A stretch of DNA of 64,000 bases from Veleropilina oligotropha. Taxonomy: Eukaryota. Made by a program: the position numbers and the translations under genes. This document shows positions 53,701 through 63,103 of the stretch, in pieces (the first letter of the stretch is position 1; each line of letters opens with the position of its first letter). The stretch lies in contig JBEUKZ010000096.1 of NCBI GenBank assembly GCA_048128005.1, positions 248,001-312,000 of the forward strand, written 5' to 3'. The notes under the pieces are model-generated. The model searched no databases, had not been told where the DNA came from, and saw only the letters and a list, made by a program, of their open reading frames with translations.

Positions 53701-56492
53701 TCTTATTACAAACTATATTTCCGACACGTATCAATACAATCAAGCATTATTGTTATACAAAGGGAGAAAACATGATATTATGAAACGGAATGACTGTCGA
53801 TTAATCTCACATGGGCTAGCTAGTGAAAGCAGCAACAAAATACTTACTTCTGTCAGTCGGTAGGTGCGACAAATTTTACTCAAATTAGGGTAAAAATCCT
53901 CTTAAAATCGTTAGTGAAATACACTCATTAACCCTTAACCGCCAGCCAAATTTTACGGAATGTGAGGTATATAGCTTGTCATGGATAATGTACTATACCA
54001 TATAAAATATTGCTTGCAAGCACATATACTTATATATTTTCTGAAAGATAATTGAATAGGCTATATAATAGTGCTTTGAAATTTGTTTATAGAGTAAAAA
54101 ATTTGCATAATTGATCACTTTTACCTTTTATTCTCAGGTATTTTGGGAATATTCACTATACATGTCAATTCAGAAAATATTTGATCAACAAATGCTTTAC
54201 ATATGTATGTTATATTTTGTAGATGCATGTTGATGTATTCTTTGTGTTTGTAATATATATTGGTGTATAATAATAAAGAATATCTTATGTCAATATGATG
54301 TCTTCATGTCTGATTTTGAAAAAAATATCCCGCAGGTGTATGAAGAAACTCAACACAGCAATGTGAAATAATAGGCCTTGCTACAAACGTACATTATATC
54401 AAATATAAAATTTATACCATTAACAGCTATATTTAACCATTAGGCCTATATGATTTATTATTGTTAATAATTAAATAAAACCAAGTACAAGAATAGTCCA
54501 CCGATAGATCATACCATTCATAATCTCCATTTCAATTCTCGATATCATCCTCAAAAGTGTCAGATTCAGAAATGTCAAAGTCGCAAATATCAATTGTCAC
54601 TTCAGAGTTCAAAATCCGCCTTTTAGGCCACAAGTTAATCATATTCCATTACAAATAATTCAAACTAAATGTAAAAACACATGTCGTTTATCAAAAGCAA
54701 AAAATCCGATGAAAAATGGCCACTTTCAAGCCTTCAAACTTTATTTCAAACATCGATTAACTATACCTAACCTGCCGCCATTGTGGATTTAAAAGCACCA
54801 GGATGTAGCCCGATCATTCACGAACGAAATGACCCGAAAATATCCGAAGATTTCCGAATATTTACGAAGTTTTAAGCATTGAGATATAGGTGTTGTAGAT
54901 AGTCGGGAAAGTCGGGTTTTGTCGATTTAGGGTTAAGTCACCACTCTATATCACCAATGACAATCGTGAGAAGATCAACACTCACCATATCCTCATCTGT
55001 TTCCAACGTAACTTTAAATACATCTCCCTGCTCCGTTTGAGCCAAGAAGAAAAACATACTCTGAAATAAAGAAGGCCAACAATAAAATAACAATAAAATT
55101 TTATTACGTTACAAATATTTTGTGCATTTGTTTAGAAATTAAAGTATCCTAGTTTAGTTTAATTTTGTTGACCATAACACACGGTAATGAACAACTAAGG
55201 CTACTCACTAGTCAAAGGTGAGCCTTCTTTTCTAGAACTTTTTGTAACCTATCGCTGTTAGTAATTTCAATTACCTTTGTTTTGTGGGCTGCACTGCAGA
55301 CAAATATCATGCCTCTCTCTGGATCGTCAAGATCATTCTAAAAAAAAGATCATAAACGCTGTCAGACACAAAGATGGGGACAAGATGAATCTTCATATTA
55401 TAAGGAAAATCACAATCAAAATATGAAATTATAGGCCATCGGGCACATGTTTAAAATATTTTCAAGGATTTTTCAATGCAACTAATTTATCATGCCTATC
55501 TGATCAGACCAGTTTTGCCTACAACACGCCGTCTCTATTCTTAGTATTATCACCATCCCCGCACTGATCTGGTGAAATTTGATGAACTTCGTTGAGATGA
55601 CGACAACAATTACGTTCAAAGTGATCAATTGAATCCAAAAAATAGGCGAGAAGCATAATTAAAATATTCATCTCTGAAAATATCTACACATTGAAAGATG
55701 TTTCTAAACATTCGAGAGCATACCCTTCTCCTTGGTATTGGACAACGAATGTCGGGTTGGTCGCCAAAATTTTTGTACGTGATGTAGTTTTCTGAACAAA
55801 TCAAGACACCACTCGGTCCGTCGTTGCCGCCGGGAACTAGAAAATAAATAGAATGATACAAACAGGAAAACTTTCCCACATTGGGCAGTTATGGACAACT
55901 GTAACTTGGTTAATTGAACAAAATGTCCAGCCGACGATTAAAACCCACCACTGTGATGAGAGAAACAAGGCTGTTCACCCACCACTGTGATGAGAGAAAC
56001 AAGGTTGTTCGCTGTCATTAAAACCCACCACTGTGATGAGAGAAACAAGGCTGTTCACCCACCACTGTGATGAGAGAAACAAGGTTGTTCGCTGTCATTA
56101 AAACCCACCACTGTGATGAGAGAAACAAGGTTGTTCGCTGTCATTAAAACCCACCACTGTGATGAGAGAAACAAGGTTGTTCGCTGTCATTAAAACCCAC
56201 CACTGTGATGAGAGAAACAAGGTTGTTCGCTGTCACTAAATTTCAACAAAAAATTTACATTCATAACATGTTACTTCAATATTATCAAATTTTCTGCACT
56301 GATTATTACCAAACATCATAACGGTTAACCACTGTCGCTTCATTACTTACCTGCTATCAGGAAGTTGGCGTGTTCTTCCAGCTGCTCCGAGTACTTCCGG
56401 ACGACGTGATTGAGCCCGAGGTCCAGCTCGTAGTATGTGAGCAGCTGAGACGTCTTGACGGCGGCCTCACCGGTGTGATCAGAATCAGATTC
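11703..56492 (-). CDS. SF3B3: Splicing factor 3B subunit 3 (SAP130), 5'-partial: 23 coding exons, 3084 nt = 1027 aa + stop
   Basis: Spliced translation runs [11 protein letters not shown]...[15 protein letters not shown]...[14 protein letters not shown], colinear with metazoan SF3B3. All introns are GT-AG with consistent phases. N-terminal ~190 aa not found in the window. Confidence 0.98.
12205..12300 (-). CDS. SF3B3: SF3B3 exon (96 nt)
   Basis: [32 protein letters not shown]. Confidence 0.95.
12325..12710. repeat. Degenerate ~15-bp minisatellite (ggttagactcacaca)
   Basis: Visible repeated gttagaYtcRcac motif. Confidence 0.8.
12966..14729 (+). mobile_element. Non-autonomous Kolobok-like element, copy 1
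   Basis: TTAA TSD, ends GGGTAGGCGCGGGTCGAC...GTCGACCAGCCCCTACCC; near-identical to 38199-40126. Confidence 0.85.
14799..14903 (-). CDS. SF3B3: SF3B3 exon (105 nt)
   Basis: [35 protein letters not shown]. Confidence 0.95.
15459..15602 (-). CDS. SF3B3: SF3B3 exon (144 nt)
   Basis: [48 protein letters not shown]. Confidence 0.95.
16014..16112 (-). CDS. SF3B3: SF3B3 exon (99 nt)
   Basis: [33 protein letters not shown]. Confidence 0.95.
16417..16629 (-). CDS. SF3B3: SF3B3 exon (213 nt)
   Basis: [15 protein letters not shown]...[16 protein letters not shown]. Confidence 0.95.
16890..17172 (-). CDS. SF3B3: SF3B3 exon (283 nt)
   Basis: [12 protein letters not shown]...[18 protein letters not shown]. 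Confidence 0.95.
17367..18157 (+). mobile_element. HINE-like element with ~170-180-bp tandem units
   Basis: ACAAG start, repeated aaactttaaccaaaatttctatg, acgg microsatellite, 3' hairpin tcccc...gggga then TAAAAAT. Confidence 0.65.
18219..19425. mobile_element. Harbinger/ISL2EU-like MITE
   Basis: TIR GGGCTATTCCAGAA/TTCTGGAATAGCCC, TAA TSD both sides. Confidence 0.8.
19489..19694 (-). CDS. SF3B3: SF3B3 exon (206 nt)
   Basis: [22 protein letters not shown]...[15 protein letters not shown]...LEQNEAAH. Confidence 0.95.
19852..20040 (+). mobile_element. tRNA-derived SINE fragment
   Basis: gagtgcagactttgaaatcac...ctaacaggagtgggttcgaatc (B box); reverse orientation relative to the 9417 and 47140 copies. 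Confidence 0.6.
20201..20375 (-). CDS. SF3B3: SF3B3 exon (175 nt)
   Basis: [28 protein letters not shown]...QRKQQMAE. Confidence 0.95.
20469..21060. mobile_element. MITE with TACTGTAA/TTACAGTA ends (TA-target type)
   Basis: 8-bp terminal match plus repeated ttcgctaa..ttttatgcc motif near both ends. Confidence 0.5.
21144..22138 (+). mobile_element. piggyBac-like MITE, copy 1
   Basis: TTAA TSD, TIR CCCTTAACCG; near-identical inverted copy at 53932-54932. Confidence 0.88.
22360..22514 (-). CDS. SF3B3: SF3B3 exon (155 nt)
   Basis: [51 protein letters not shown]. Confidence 0.95.
23028..23104 (-). ncRNA. SNORD126: Intronic C/D-box snoRNA, SNORD126-like, copy 1
   Basis: Terminal stem TATTTGGA/TCCAAATA, C box ATGATGT, guide TCCGTGTTTCA before D' ATGA, C' GTGATTA, D box CTGA. 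Guide is complementary to 28S rRNA UGAAACACGGA. Same strand as the host gene. Family name from memory. Confidence 0.8.
23509..23585 (-). ncRNA. SNORD126: Intronic C/D-box snoRNA, SNORD126-like, copy 2
   Basis: Terminal stem CAGTTGGA/TCCAACTG, C box ATGATGT, identical guide TCCGTGTTTCA, D' ATGA, C' TTGATTA, D box CTGA. Confidence 0.8.
23778..23900 (-). CDS. SF3B3: SF3B3 exon (123 nt)
   Basis: [15 protein letters not shown]...[24 protein letters not shown]. Confidence 0.95.
24393..24536 (-). CDS. SF3B3: SF3B3 exon (144 nt)
   Basis: [25 protein letters not shown]...LFLNVGLQ. Confidence 0.95.
25009..25164 (-). CDS. SF3B3: SF3B3 exon (156 nt)
   Basis: [15 protein letters not shown]...[12 protein letters not shown]. 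Confidence 0.95.
25340..25495 (-). CDS. SF3B3: SF3B3 exon (156 nt)
   Basis: [52 protein letters not shown]. Confidence 0.95.
25800..26422 (+). mobile_element. Two short HINE-like elements (25800-25955, 26260-26422) flanking an SF3B3 exon
   Basis: Both start aactagaaatgtgtccat, share ttacttgcacgcaaataatggttttc and gtaaatctaaat, and end in hairpin + ggcataa. Confidence 0.65.
26017..26168 (-). CDS. SF3B3: SF3B3 exon (152 nt)
   Basis: [51 protein letters not shown]. Confidence 0.95.
28201..28462 (-). mobile_element. Mini non-autonomous Helitron
   Basis: Minus strand A|TC...CCCGGCGAAGACGGG hairpin...CTAG|T, no TSD; empty site ggtta/tattaata is seen in the paralogous copy at ~39375. Confidence 0.85.
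28540..30060 (-). mobile_element. Tc1/mariner transposon (1521 bp)
   Basis: Perfect 26-bp TIR TACTGAGTCAAAAAAGAAACTTCACA, TA TSD. Confidence 0.93.
28762..29760 (-). pseudogene. Tc1 DDE transposase, frameshifted
   Basis: MPRLS...[46 protein letters not shown]; frameshifts near 29210 and 28980. Confidence 0.9.
31585..34598. mobile_element. Harbinger-like foldback element with ~190-bp imperfect TIRs
   Basis: GGGCCTGTTTCACGTACATGA...TCATGTACGTGAAACGGGCCC, CTG TSD; arms ~31585-31780 and ~34424-34598. Confidence 0.82.
32514..34062 (-). mobile_element. Non-autonomous hAT related to 57709-61798
   Basis: TIR CAGGGCTGGACAAAT, ACTAGCCC subterminal repeats, flanking direct repeat GTATTTG; a further end fragment at 42497-42593. 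Confidence 0.85.
34699..34771 (-). CDS. SF3B3: SF3B3 exon (73 nt)
   Basis: [24 protein letters not shown]. Confidence 0.95.
35063..35158 (-). CDS. SF3B3: SF3B3 exon (96 nt)
   Basis: [32 protein letters not shown]. Confidence 0.95.
35554..38194. mobile_element. Non-autonomous piggyBac-like element
   Basis: TTAA-flanked; TIR CTCATTGTGTAC vs CTCATTACGTAC (10/12); contains a CAGGGTTCC/TTCCCTGA hAT-like insert at ~36790-37370. Confidence 0.65.
38199..40126 (+). mobile_element. Non-autonomous Kolobok-like element, copy 3
   Basis: TTAA both sides; same ends as copy 1; retains segments deleted in copy 1. Confidence 0.85.
40419..43591 (+). CDS. KolX / P2X7 C-terminal (ballast)-like Cys-rich protein, 2 exons (40419-40795, 43426-43591), 180 aa
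   Basis: [72 protein letters not shown]; phase-2 GT-AG intron. Confidence 0.82.
40998..41421. mobile_element. Foldback MITE in KolX intron
   Basis: TIR CAG..GGAGAAGTCACTTTTCG; internal arms also inverted; atatcccg repeats. Confidence 0.75.
41485..41909. mobile_element. MULE-like MITE
   Basis: acaggtcaac/gttgacctgt TIR, 9-bp TSD GTACATTTT (41476-41484, 41910-41918). Confidence 0.7.
42039..42468 (+). mobile_element. Kolobok-like MITE (AGAGACTAT ends), copy A
   Basis: TIR with atgcactctt/aagagtgcat, TTAA at right; homologous to 48583-49092 inverted. Confidence 0.65.
43640..44300 (+). repeat. ~158-bp tandem repeat (4 units), HINE-type
   Basis: caccagttca recurs every 157-159 bp; ends gcacggacggacgg. 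Confidence 0.8.
44590..45012. mobile_element. hAT-like MITE
   Basis: CAGGGCTC/GAGCCCTG ends with ggagccc subterminal repeats. Confidence 0.7.
47140..47357 (-). mobile_element. tRNA-derived SINE
   Basis: Minus strand cggctccggaagctgtgtggtc...gactctgaaatc...gcgttcgaatc head plus family body. Confidence 0.65.
48583..49092 (-). mobile_element. Kolobok-like MITE, copy B
   Basis: TIR agactattgcccgtaaatgcactctt / aagagtgcatttacgggcaatagtct. Confidence 0.75.
51103..51737 (+). mobile_element. HINE-like element (same family as 9865-10485)
   Basis: Same start, ~140-bp units and ttgtgggggcataaa end. Confidence 0.7.
51770..51935 (-). CDS. SF3B3: SF3B3 exon (166 nt)
   Basis: [55 protein letters not shown]. 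Confidence 0.95.
52516..52619 (-). CDS. SF3B3: SF3B3 exon (104 nt)
   Basis: [34 protein letters not shown]. Confidence 0.95.
52770..53677 (+). mobile_element. HINE-like element with nested 9865-family copy (52916-53540)
   Basis: ggctcgcatgc/gcatgcgagcc subterminal inverted repeat; nested aactagagttatcacag copy with ~140-bp units. Confidence 0.65.
53932..54932 (-). mobile_element. piggyBac-like MITE, copy 2
   Basis: TTAA TSD; reverse complement of 21144-22138. Confidence 0.88.
54986..55060 (-). CDS. SF3B3: SF3B3 exon (75 nt)
   Basis: [25 protein letters not shown]. Confidence 0.95.
55275..55337 (-). CDS. SF3B3: SF3B3 exon (63 nt)
   Basis: [21 protein letters not shown]. Confidence 0.95.
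55724..55836 (-). CDS. SF3B3: SF3B3 exon (113 nt)
   Basis: [37 protein letters not shown]. Confidence 0.95.
55938..56237. repeat. 46-bp minisatellite with ~37-bp variants (~7 units)
   Basis: aaaacccaccactgtgatgagagaaacaaggttgttcgctgtcatt repeated. Confidence 0.9.
56351..56492 (-). CDS. SF3B3: SF3B3 exon (142 nt)
   Basis: [11 protein letters not shown]...[31 protein letters not shown] bounded. Confidence 0.95.
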
Positions 56493-57708
56493 CTACAGAG
56501 AAGTCAAATATATAGCATGAAAATCAATGGTCACTGTCTATAGATATCCAGGTCCTCATTTTTGTAAACTGAAGGCGAGTGATCAATCACTCCCGCAGAT
56601 CAACTGTTGCAGGAGTGATTTTTTTCAGGCAAGTGATGATCTTCCAAGAAAATAAAAGAGCCAGATTATGATAAAATGGGGTTATATGACCCACTAACAA
56701 TGTGTCTGACACACATGCGTGTCATGTCAAATATTTTATATAGATGGTCACGAAAGGATGTTTTTAATTGTTATCGATTGATTGGATTCGATGGATGCTT
56801 AATGTCCTGTATCCTAACAACAATCAGGTTCAAGGCAGGACATGTCCATATTATCGCGAGAGGAAACCTGCCAAAGAAAACTGCGCCGGCATCGCGAGAT
56901 ATGATCGCATTTTATTCCTTCTTCCGAAACTCGAAAATTGGTCGAAATACTATATCTAATAAGCAAAAAGCACTCTGCTTGTTATTAGTGATAATACTAA
57001 TTCATGATAATAGCATAACGGAAATTCTTTTTTAACGGGAATTCATTTATTTCTTCTTCTGGTCGAAAAATATCAAGTTTGCCAGCAGGTTTAAAAAGAA
57101 ACGAATGGAATGACGTTTACTTCCGGTATACAGGATAAAAACTTAGAACATGAATAAAATAATTATTTAGTAAGTAATATATTGTACGTTTGGTGCGTCG
57201 TAAATTTAAATATGTTGGAAAGCCTTGTTTTATCGATTTGTCCATGCATGCTCTTAATCGCGCACCCCACGCAACGTTTGCACCTAAAAAATGAAGGCCT
57301 GGATATCAATTATTTGGTTCAATGCATTATTTTCAATTTTAGTACCATTCAGGGCCTTACCAGGACGGTCTGTCCTTATTATCAATGGAGGAAAACATGT
57401 CTCTCGGGGTGAAAAAGCATCAATCAATGGCCGCCGAACAGTATAATTCTGAAAAGAGCTCTCCAGAAAATCAACTGTAAATTGACAATTACCAACAATC
57501 CATGCAGCAACCAAGTGTAATCATCAACAAGAAGTGACCAGCAATCCTATTATGAATTTGTGCAAGACAAATAATTCATTACCAAGCTGTGGTCATAGAA
57601 AAATGAGAGATTGCATATCTGCATGAAGTTGCCAGTTCCAAGATGGATGCCTCAGGGGTATGTTTAGAAAACACAATTAACTCTTTCTATGGCTATGCAA
57701 ATGGTGTA

Positions 57709-60700
57709 CAGGGCTCAACAAATCCACTAGCCCGACGCCCGGGACTAGCGTAAAATGGAAAATTTTGAAGTCGGACTAGTGTCATTATGCATCGAGATAG
57801 CCCGCCGGACTAGTGTCTTTTATTCCCCCGATAAAATCCCGATCGAAAAAATCCTTGCATATTAAATATTTGTCTTCTGTATAGTGTGCTACCTTGCAGT
57901 TAATGGGTCTTAAAAACTCACCAGTCAGTTAGAGTTTATGTTACAACTAATTAGATGTCTGCATTGTCTTTCAATTTCGATGTTTGCGTAGAAATCAACG
58001 CGTGCGCACAAGAGTCGATCTCGCCGACGCGATGCGCCACTAAATATTTTAATTTAACGTGATGCACTACTATAATTTATAATAATACGGATGCATATAA
58101 AATAAATGCTGACACTAAACTTCAAAATAATCTACAGTCTCTCGAATGTTCATATGTATTGTTAATCTTTCAAATAATAACACTAGGTCTGATGATTATG
58201 TCAGATGTCGGCGTTGTTAAAACAATATTATCACAATTGCGCTAAAACCTGCTCATTACAAAGGCGACGGCTTCAAGTTCTTTAGACCAGTGTTATTGTC
58301 CCACACGATAGTAGGCTTATATGTAATCCTATTAAAAAAGTAAATACTTTCCCTCAAATGTTGTTTTTGTTTATTTCAAGCAAACAGATATCTGATAATT
58401 AATCGTATTTGAAAGCACGCCGATAGTTGTCGGGTTTTTTCAAGTTCAGGCTGCACGTCGATATGACATGTAGTGAGTAGACGTTCTCGACTTAGCTTAA
58501 TACGGATTAAATGGGAACAATTGCGGGATTAAAATACGTTTGCGCATATAAACAGTTATTTTTGTTTAATTCACCAGTGCTGTTCTCAGTAACACATCTA
58601 TATATCTTATTATATTACGTCCTTTTTCGAGATCTTCAACATGAGTCTGTTGCGTTTTCTTAACGTTAAACCCGCAGAGAAACGCAAGCTTAGCGCTTTG
58701 GGCGAAGTGGAAAATAGTCCTACAAAATGTAAAAACAAAGTGTATGACGAGAATAAACGACAACGACGATACCAACGAAAATGGTCGGAAACGTGGTTTT
58801 GGCTAAACTACAATGAAAGCGAAGACCTGATGTTCTGCAAAGTCTGCAGGGAATACCCGTCCATCGCTCGTTCCGGAAAGATAAATGCATTAGTGGACGG
58901 TTGCGACAGTTTTCGAATTGAAACTTTACGGTCGCACGATGATTCTGCAGTTCACAGGGAAAGTTTATCGCGCTATCGGCAGGATAAGGAAACCAGAGCC
59001 CTTGTTCCACCCGCTTCTGTTACCAAAGACCCGATACACCAAGCGTTTAGAAATATCGACGCATCAACCAGAGAACGTTTTCGAAAATTATTTACGGTCG
59101 CATACACAATCGCGAAGAATGGACGCCCGATGTCGGACATGACATTTCACTGTTCGATGTTGAAGAAAATAGGCGTGGACATCGGCAATAATTACACCAA
59201 CCCGATAGCGGCTCGTGGCTTCGTCGATGCAATTTCGTCCACAATACGACAGTCAGAAATAAAAAAGATTGAACAGTGTAATTTCGTATCTGTCCTTGCG
59301 GACGGCAGTACCGATTGTCGAGTTACGGAGCAGGAAGTGGTGTATGTGCGTTATGTAGCGGACGGACGACCCAAAACAGTCTTCGCAAATATCATCGCCG
59401 TAGAACATGCTCACTCCCAGGGTGTATACGACGCCGTAGTGAAGGGTCTCGGAGCGTTAAATTTGAAGATTGATGACATAGTATCTACGAGTGTGTCGGG
59501 ACCGAAACTTGTGTCCGTTAACTTTGATGGTGCGGCGGTTATGATGGGTAAGAAGACAGGAGTTGCTACTAAGTTCGCGGACATCGCCCCACATGTCATA
59601 CCAATGCACTGTGTTGCTCATAAATTGGAACTATCTATATTAGATGCAGTCAAACAGGCGAAATATCTTGGAAAGTTCGAGGACACCGTAAAGGGAATTT
59701 TTAAATTTTACCATTATAGCCCGAAAATGCATCGGGAAATAGCGGAAATTGGCAGAGTAATCGACGAGGATCTGGCTCATTTCAGCTCAGTGAAGCAGGT
59801 AAGTTTATTTATGTAAGGCGACTCGTTTGTACACGTATGTCGTTATGTCTTATATCTGGTATAAATTCGGATATCTTTTATATGTTTATTATCCAATATG
59901 AATGTTCAGCATCATATGTTTTTAATCAGGAAAGTTGTCTTTGAATTTCGCTAAACAGCTCAATCTGTAATTTAGTTGCTGGACTCGCATCATTGCATAA
60001 CAATGCAGAGTCCACAATGCACACGCAGGACAATGAAACCTAATTAACGTTGTTGACTGTTTTCCAATTTCATTGCGATGCTATATTGATCCAACTATAC
60101 CTTAATTGATTTTGTTTTGTGTAATTTCACTCTTAATTATTAACTGCAAGCAAAATACCCAATTTCATACCATTTGAAAATAGTATTATTTAAACACTAT
60201 TTGCTTACATAAATAGCTCCATAAATAATTATTTTATATTGCTTTTGAAATAACAGGCTATTATAGATCAAGTTGCAGTCAATAAAATGTTCATATAATA
60301 TTTTTCAGGTTCGCTGGTTATCCAGCAAACTGAGGGCAATTACAGCCATTAAGAAGAATCTGCACGCTCTTGTCCTTCATATGGAATCCGCCTCCACTGG
60401 GAAAACGGACAATTCGGCGAAGGCCAGGGGATACTTGAAAGAAATTTCATTTCAACAATTCATCCGAGCTCTCCATATTATGCTGGATATTTTGCCAATC
60501 TTGTCCAATGTTTCCAAGGTATGTAGCAAATGACCACACATGTTATGCACAGCACAACTAATTTCTAATATATTTCATGATTGCGGTTACTGCTGAATGA
60601 AACGGATAACAAATTAGTAATTTGTTTGTCTCGATGTGCAGAGTTGACAGCAGAGGCCACTATGTTAATTAACATAATAATTAATATACTGATGTGCTTA

Positions 60701-61798
60701 TTGACATGCAATGTGTACTTTTTATAACACAAAATACAACAATATATTGAAACATTTTATTATTTTCAGGCTTTCCAGCAGCAGGATCTATTGGTGATAG
60801 ATGTCGCCACTGAAATAGAAAAGGCAACGATGCAGCTACATTCGATTAAACAAGATCCTACTCTTGGAAAGAACATCTCCAGCTATGTGAACATCTTAAA
60901 TGCGAACGAGAAGAAATTTGGCGACATATCAATCAGTGGTCAATGCAAAGGCGATTCAATCAAAGACATGAAAGAATGTCCGTTCTTAGTTGGCCTGATT
61001 GAAGATATTACTCGTTATATGGATAAAAGATTCATTAACTTTTCCGAGCTGCCACTCCGCGGTTTTGGAATATTTAATTTTAATCTATGGCCAACCACCA
61101 GGGATGAATTATGTGTTCACGGAAATGATGAGCTGCGTGCGCTTGTCATCCATTTCGAAGATGTGTTAGGTTCCAGTGATGGGTTAGATTCAATGATAAA
61201 TGAATTTTGCCAATTAAAAGGACAATTGAAGTCTCTGAAGAATACATCTGTGTTCAGTGCGTATTCAAACCTGCTACTACATCGTCCGGCGTCGCTCTCA
61301 AACATTTTGAAACTGGTAGAGATAATGTTCACAGTGTCTCCCTCTACAGCAGAGTGTGAAAGAAGTTTCTCTGCGATGAACAGGTTAAAAACATTAAACA
61401 GAAATTCGCTACACCAAGTCAGTCTACAGGACTTAATGAACATTGTCGTTCATGGTCCAACAATGGACGACTTTTCCCCAGATGACTCGATAGATGTTTG
61501 GCTGACCAGTGGACCCGGAACAAGACACACCAATGGACATTTAACTTCCATTATAAGGGAAACGGACTGGTTAGAAAACGAAACATTAGAAAAAGATTAG
61601 GTGCTTCTATTCGAGTATATCTCAGTTATTGTTGTTTATATTCTACTTGTTTTTATCTTAAAAATAAACTGTTATTTAAAAATACGACTTAGTTATTCTG
61701 AAAAAGTCGGGCTAGTGTGAAATGGATCAGGGCTAGTGAAAAAATGTATCCAACTAGCCCTGGGACTAGTGACTTTTTAAAAGATTTGTTGAGCCCTG
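57709..61798 (+). mobile_element. Full-length hAT transposon (4.1 kb)
   Basis: Perfect 16-bp TIR CAGGGCTCAACAAATC/GATTTGTTGAGCCCTG, flanking direct repeat GTGTA, ACTAG subterminal repeats. Confidence 0.92.
58641..61600 (+). CDS. hAT transposase (ZNF862-like), 3 exons (58641-59798, 60309-60518, 60770-61600), 732 aa
   Basis: TTF-type finger (W...WL...MFCKVC...H....H), LADGSTD, FDGAAVM, HCVAHKLEL, VRW, STAECERSFS; phase-0 GT-AG introns. Confidence 0.9.
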
Positions 61799-61831
61799 GT
61801 GTACCTCTAACCGAAGTCCCAAATCGTGTGT

Positions 61832-62048
61832 GTTGACCGGGGCCATTTTGACCTACATTCTAGACAAAGCATTATCAGTATAGTCCTGGACATCATATTG
61901 GGTAGGTTCCGGGGCCATTTTGACCGGGGCCATTTTGACCGGGGCCATTTTGACCTACATTCGTTCCCCTGAACCTACCCAATATGATGTCCAGGACTAT
62001 ACTGATAATGCTTTGTCTAGAATGTAGGTCAAAATGGCCCCGGTCAAC
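61832..62048. repeat. 78-bp perfect inverted repeat containing a MULE end
   Basis: 61832-61909 is the reverse complement of 61971-62048. Confidence 0.88.
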
Positions 62049-62489
62049 GAATGTAGGTCAAAATGGCCCCGGTCAAAATGGCCCCGGTCAATATGGCCCC
62101 GGTCAAAATGGCCCCGGTCAAAATGGCCCCATGAGCAAACTAGGTCAAAATGGCCCCAGAGATAAAATAATATTATAGAAAATAAAATCTATATCTATAT
62201 CTAAATGAATAAATAATGACTATTAAGTGATAATATAACAACAACAGATGATAGAAAGTAATATATTTTAATATATTCTCAAAGGATAAATATACAACTA
62301 TAAACATTACGGTTCTGATGAAAGTATTTTACATCCTTCTGCTCGATTGTACTCAATGTTACTATGCAAACATAAACTATAAATCTGACAAACTAAATTA
62401 ACGTCATTATGGTCAGTTATCCTCAAAATGTATACAGTACAGTATATGCAACCATAAATCAGACTGAACTGAAATTGCACAACTAACTA

Positions 62490-62745
62490 TTAATGTCCAA
62501 TATGAATGTTGTGCCCAACACCACGCAAGAAATTCGCTAGTACCGATCGGCCTTCACTGTATTCGGTACACAGTGTTTTCAGTCGGCGTTGTTGCTGTAT
62601 GTGCACGCGTTTCGTCCTCTTCTTAGGGGGATTTCCAATCGTCGCCTGAGATAGCATTGTTGTGGAATTACACTCTTCAATTTGAAGGTGCTTTATTAAT
62701 TTCCATATCGATGGATGATAGAATCCAACCAACTGGCTGAAACGG
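62490..62745 (-). pseudogene. C-terminal fragment of a MULE transposase
   Basis: HPSIWKLIKHLQIEE...NPPKKR...RRLKTL...FLRGVGHNI, a pattern typical of animal MULE C-termini. Confidence 0.65.
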
Positions 62746-62747
62746 CT

Positions 62748-62964
<217 letters not shown>

Positions 62965-63103
62965 TTTTTAAAATCTGAGGGCCATTTTGACCTAGTTTGC
63001 TCTTGGGGCCATTTTGACCGGGGCCATTTTGACCATTTTTTTTGGACCGGGGCCATTTTGACCGGGGCCATTTTGACCGGGGCCATATTGACCGTACACC
63101 GCT

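Noticed and set aside
55938..56237. Regular direct repeats resembling a CRISPR array
   Set aside because: No unique spacers, no cas genes, and it lies in a eukaryotic intron; it is a minisatellite.
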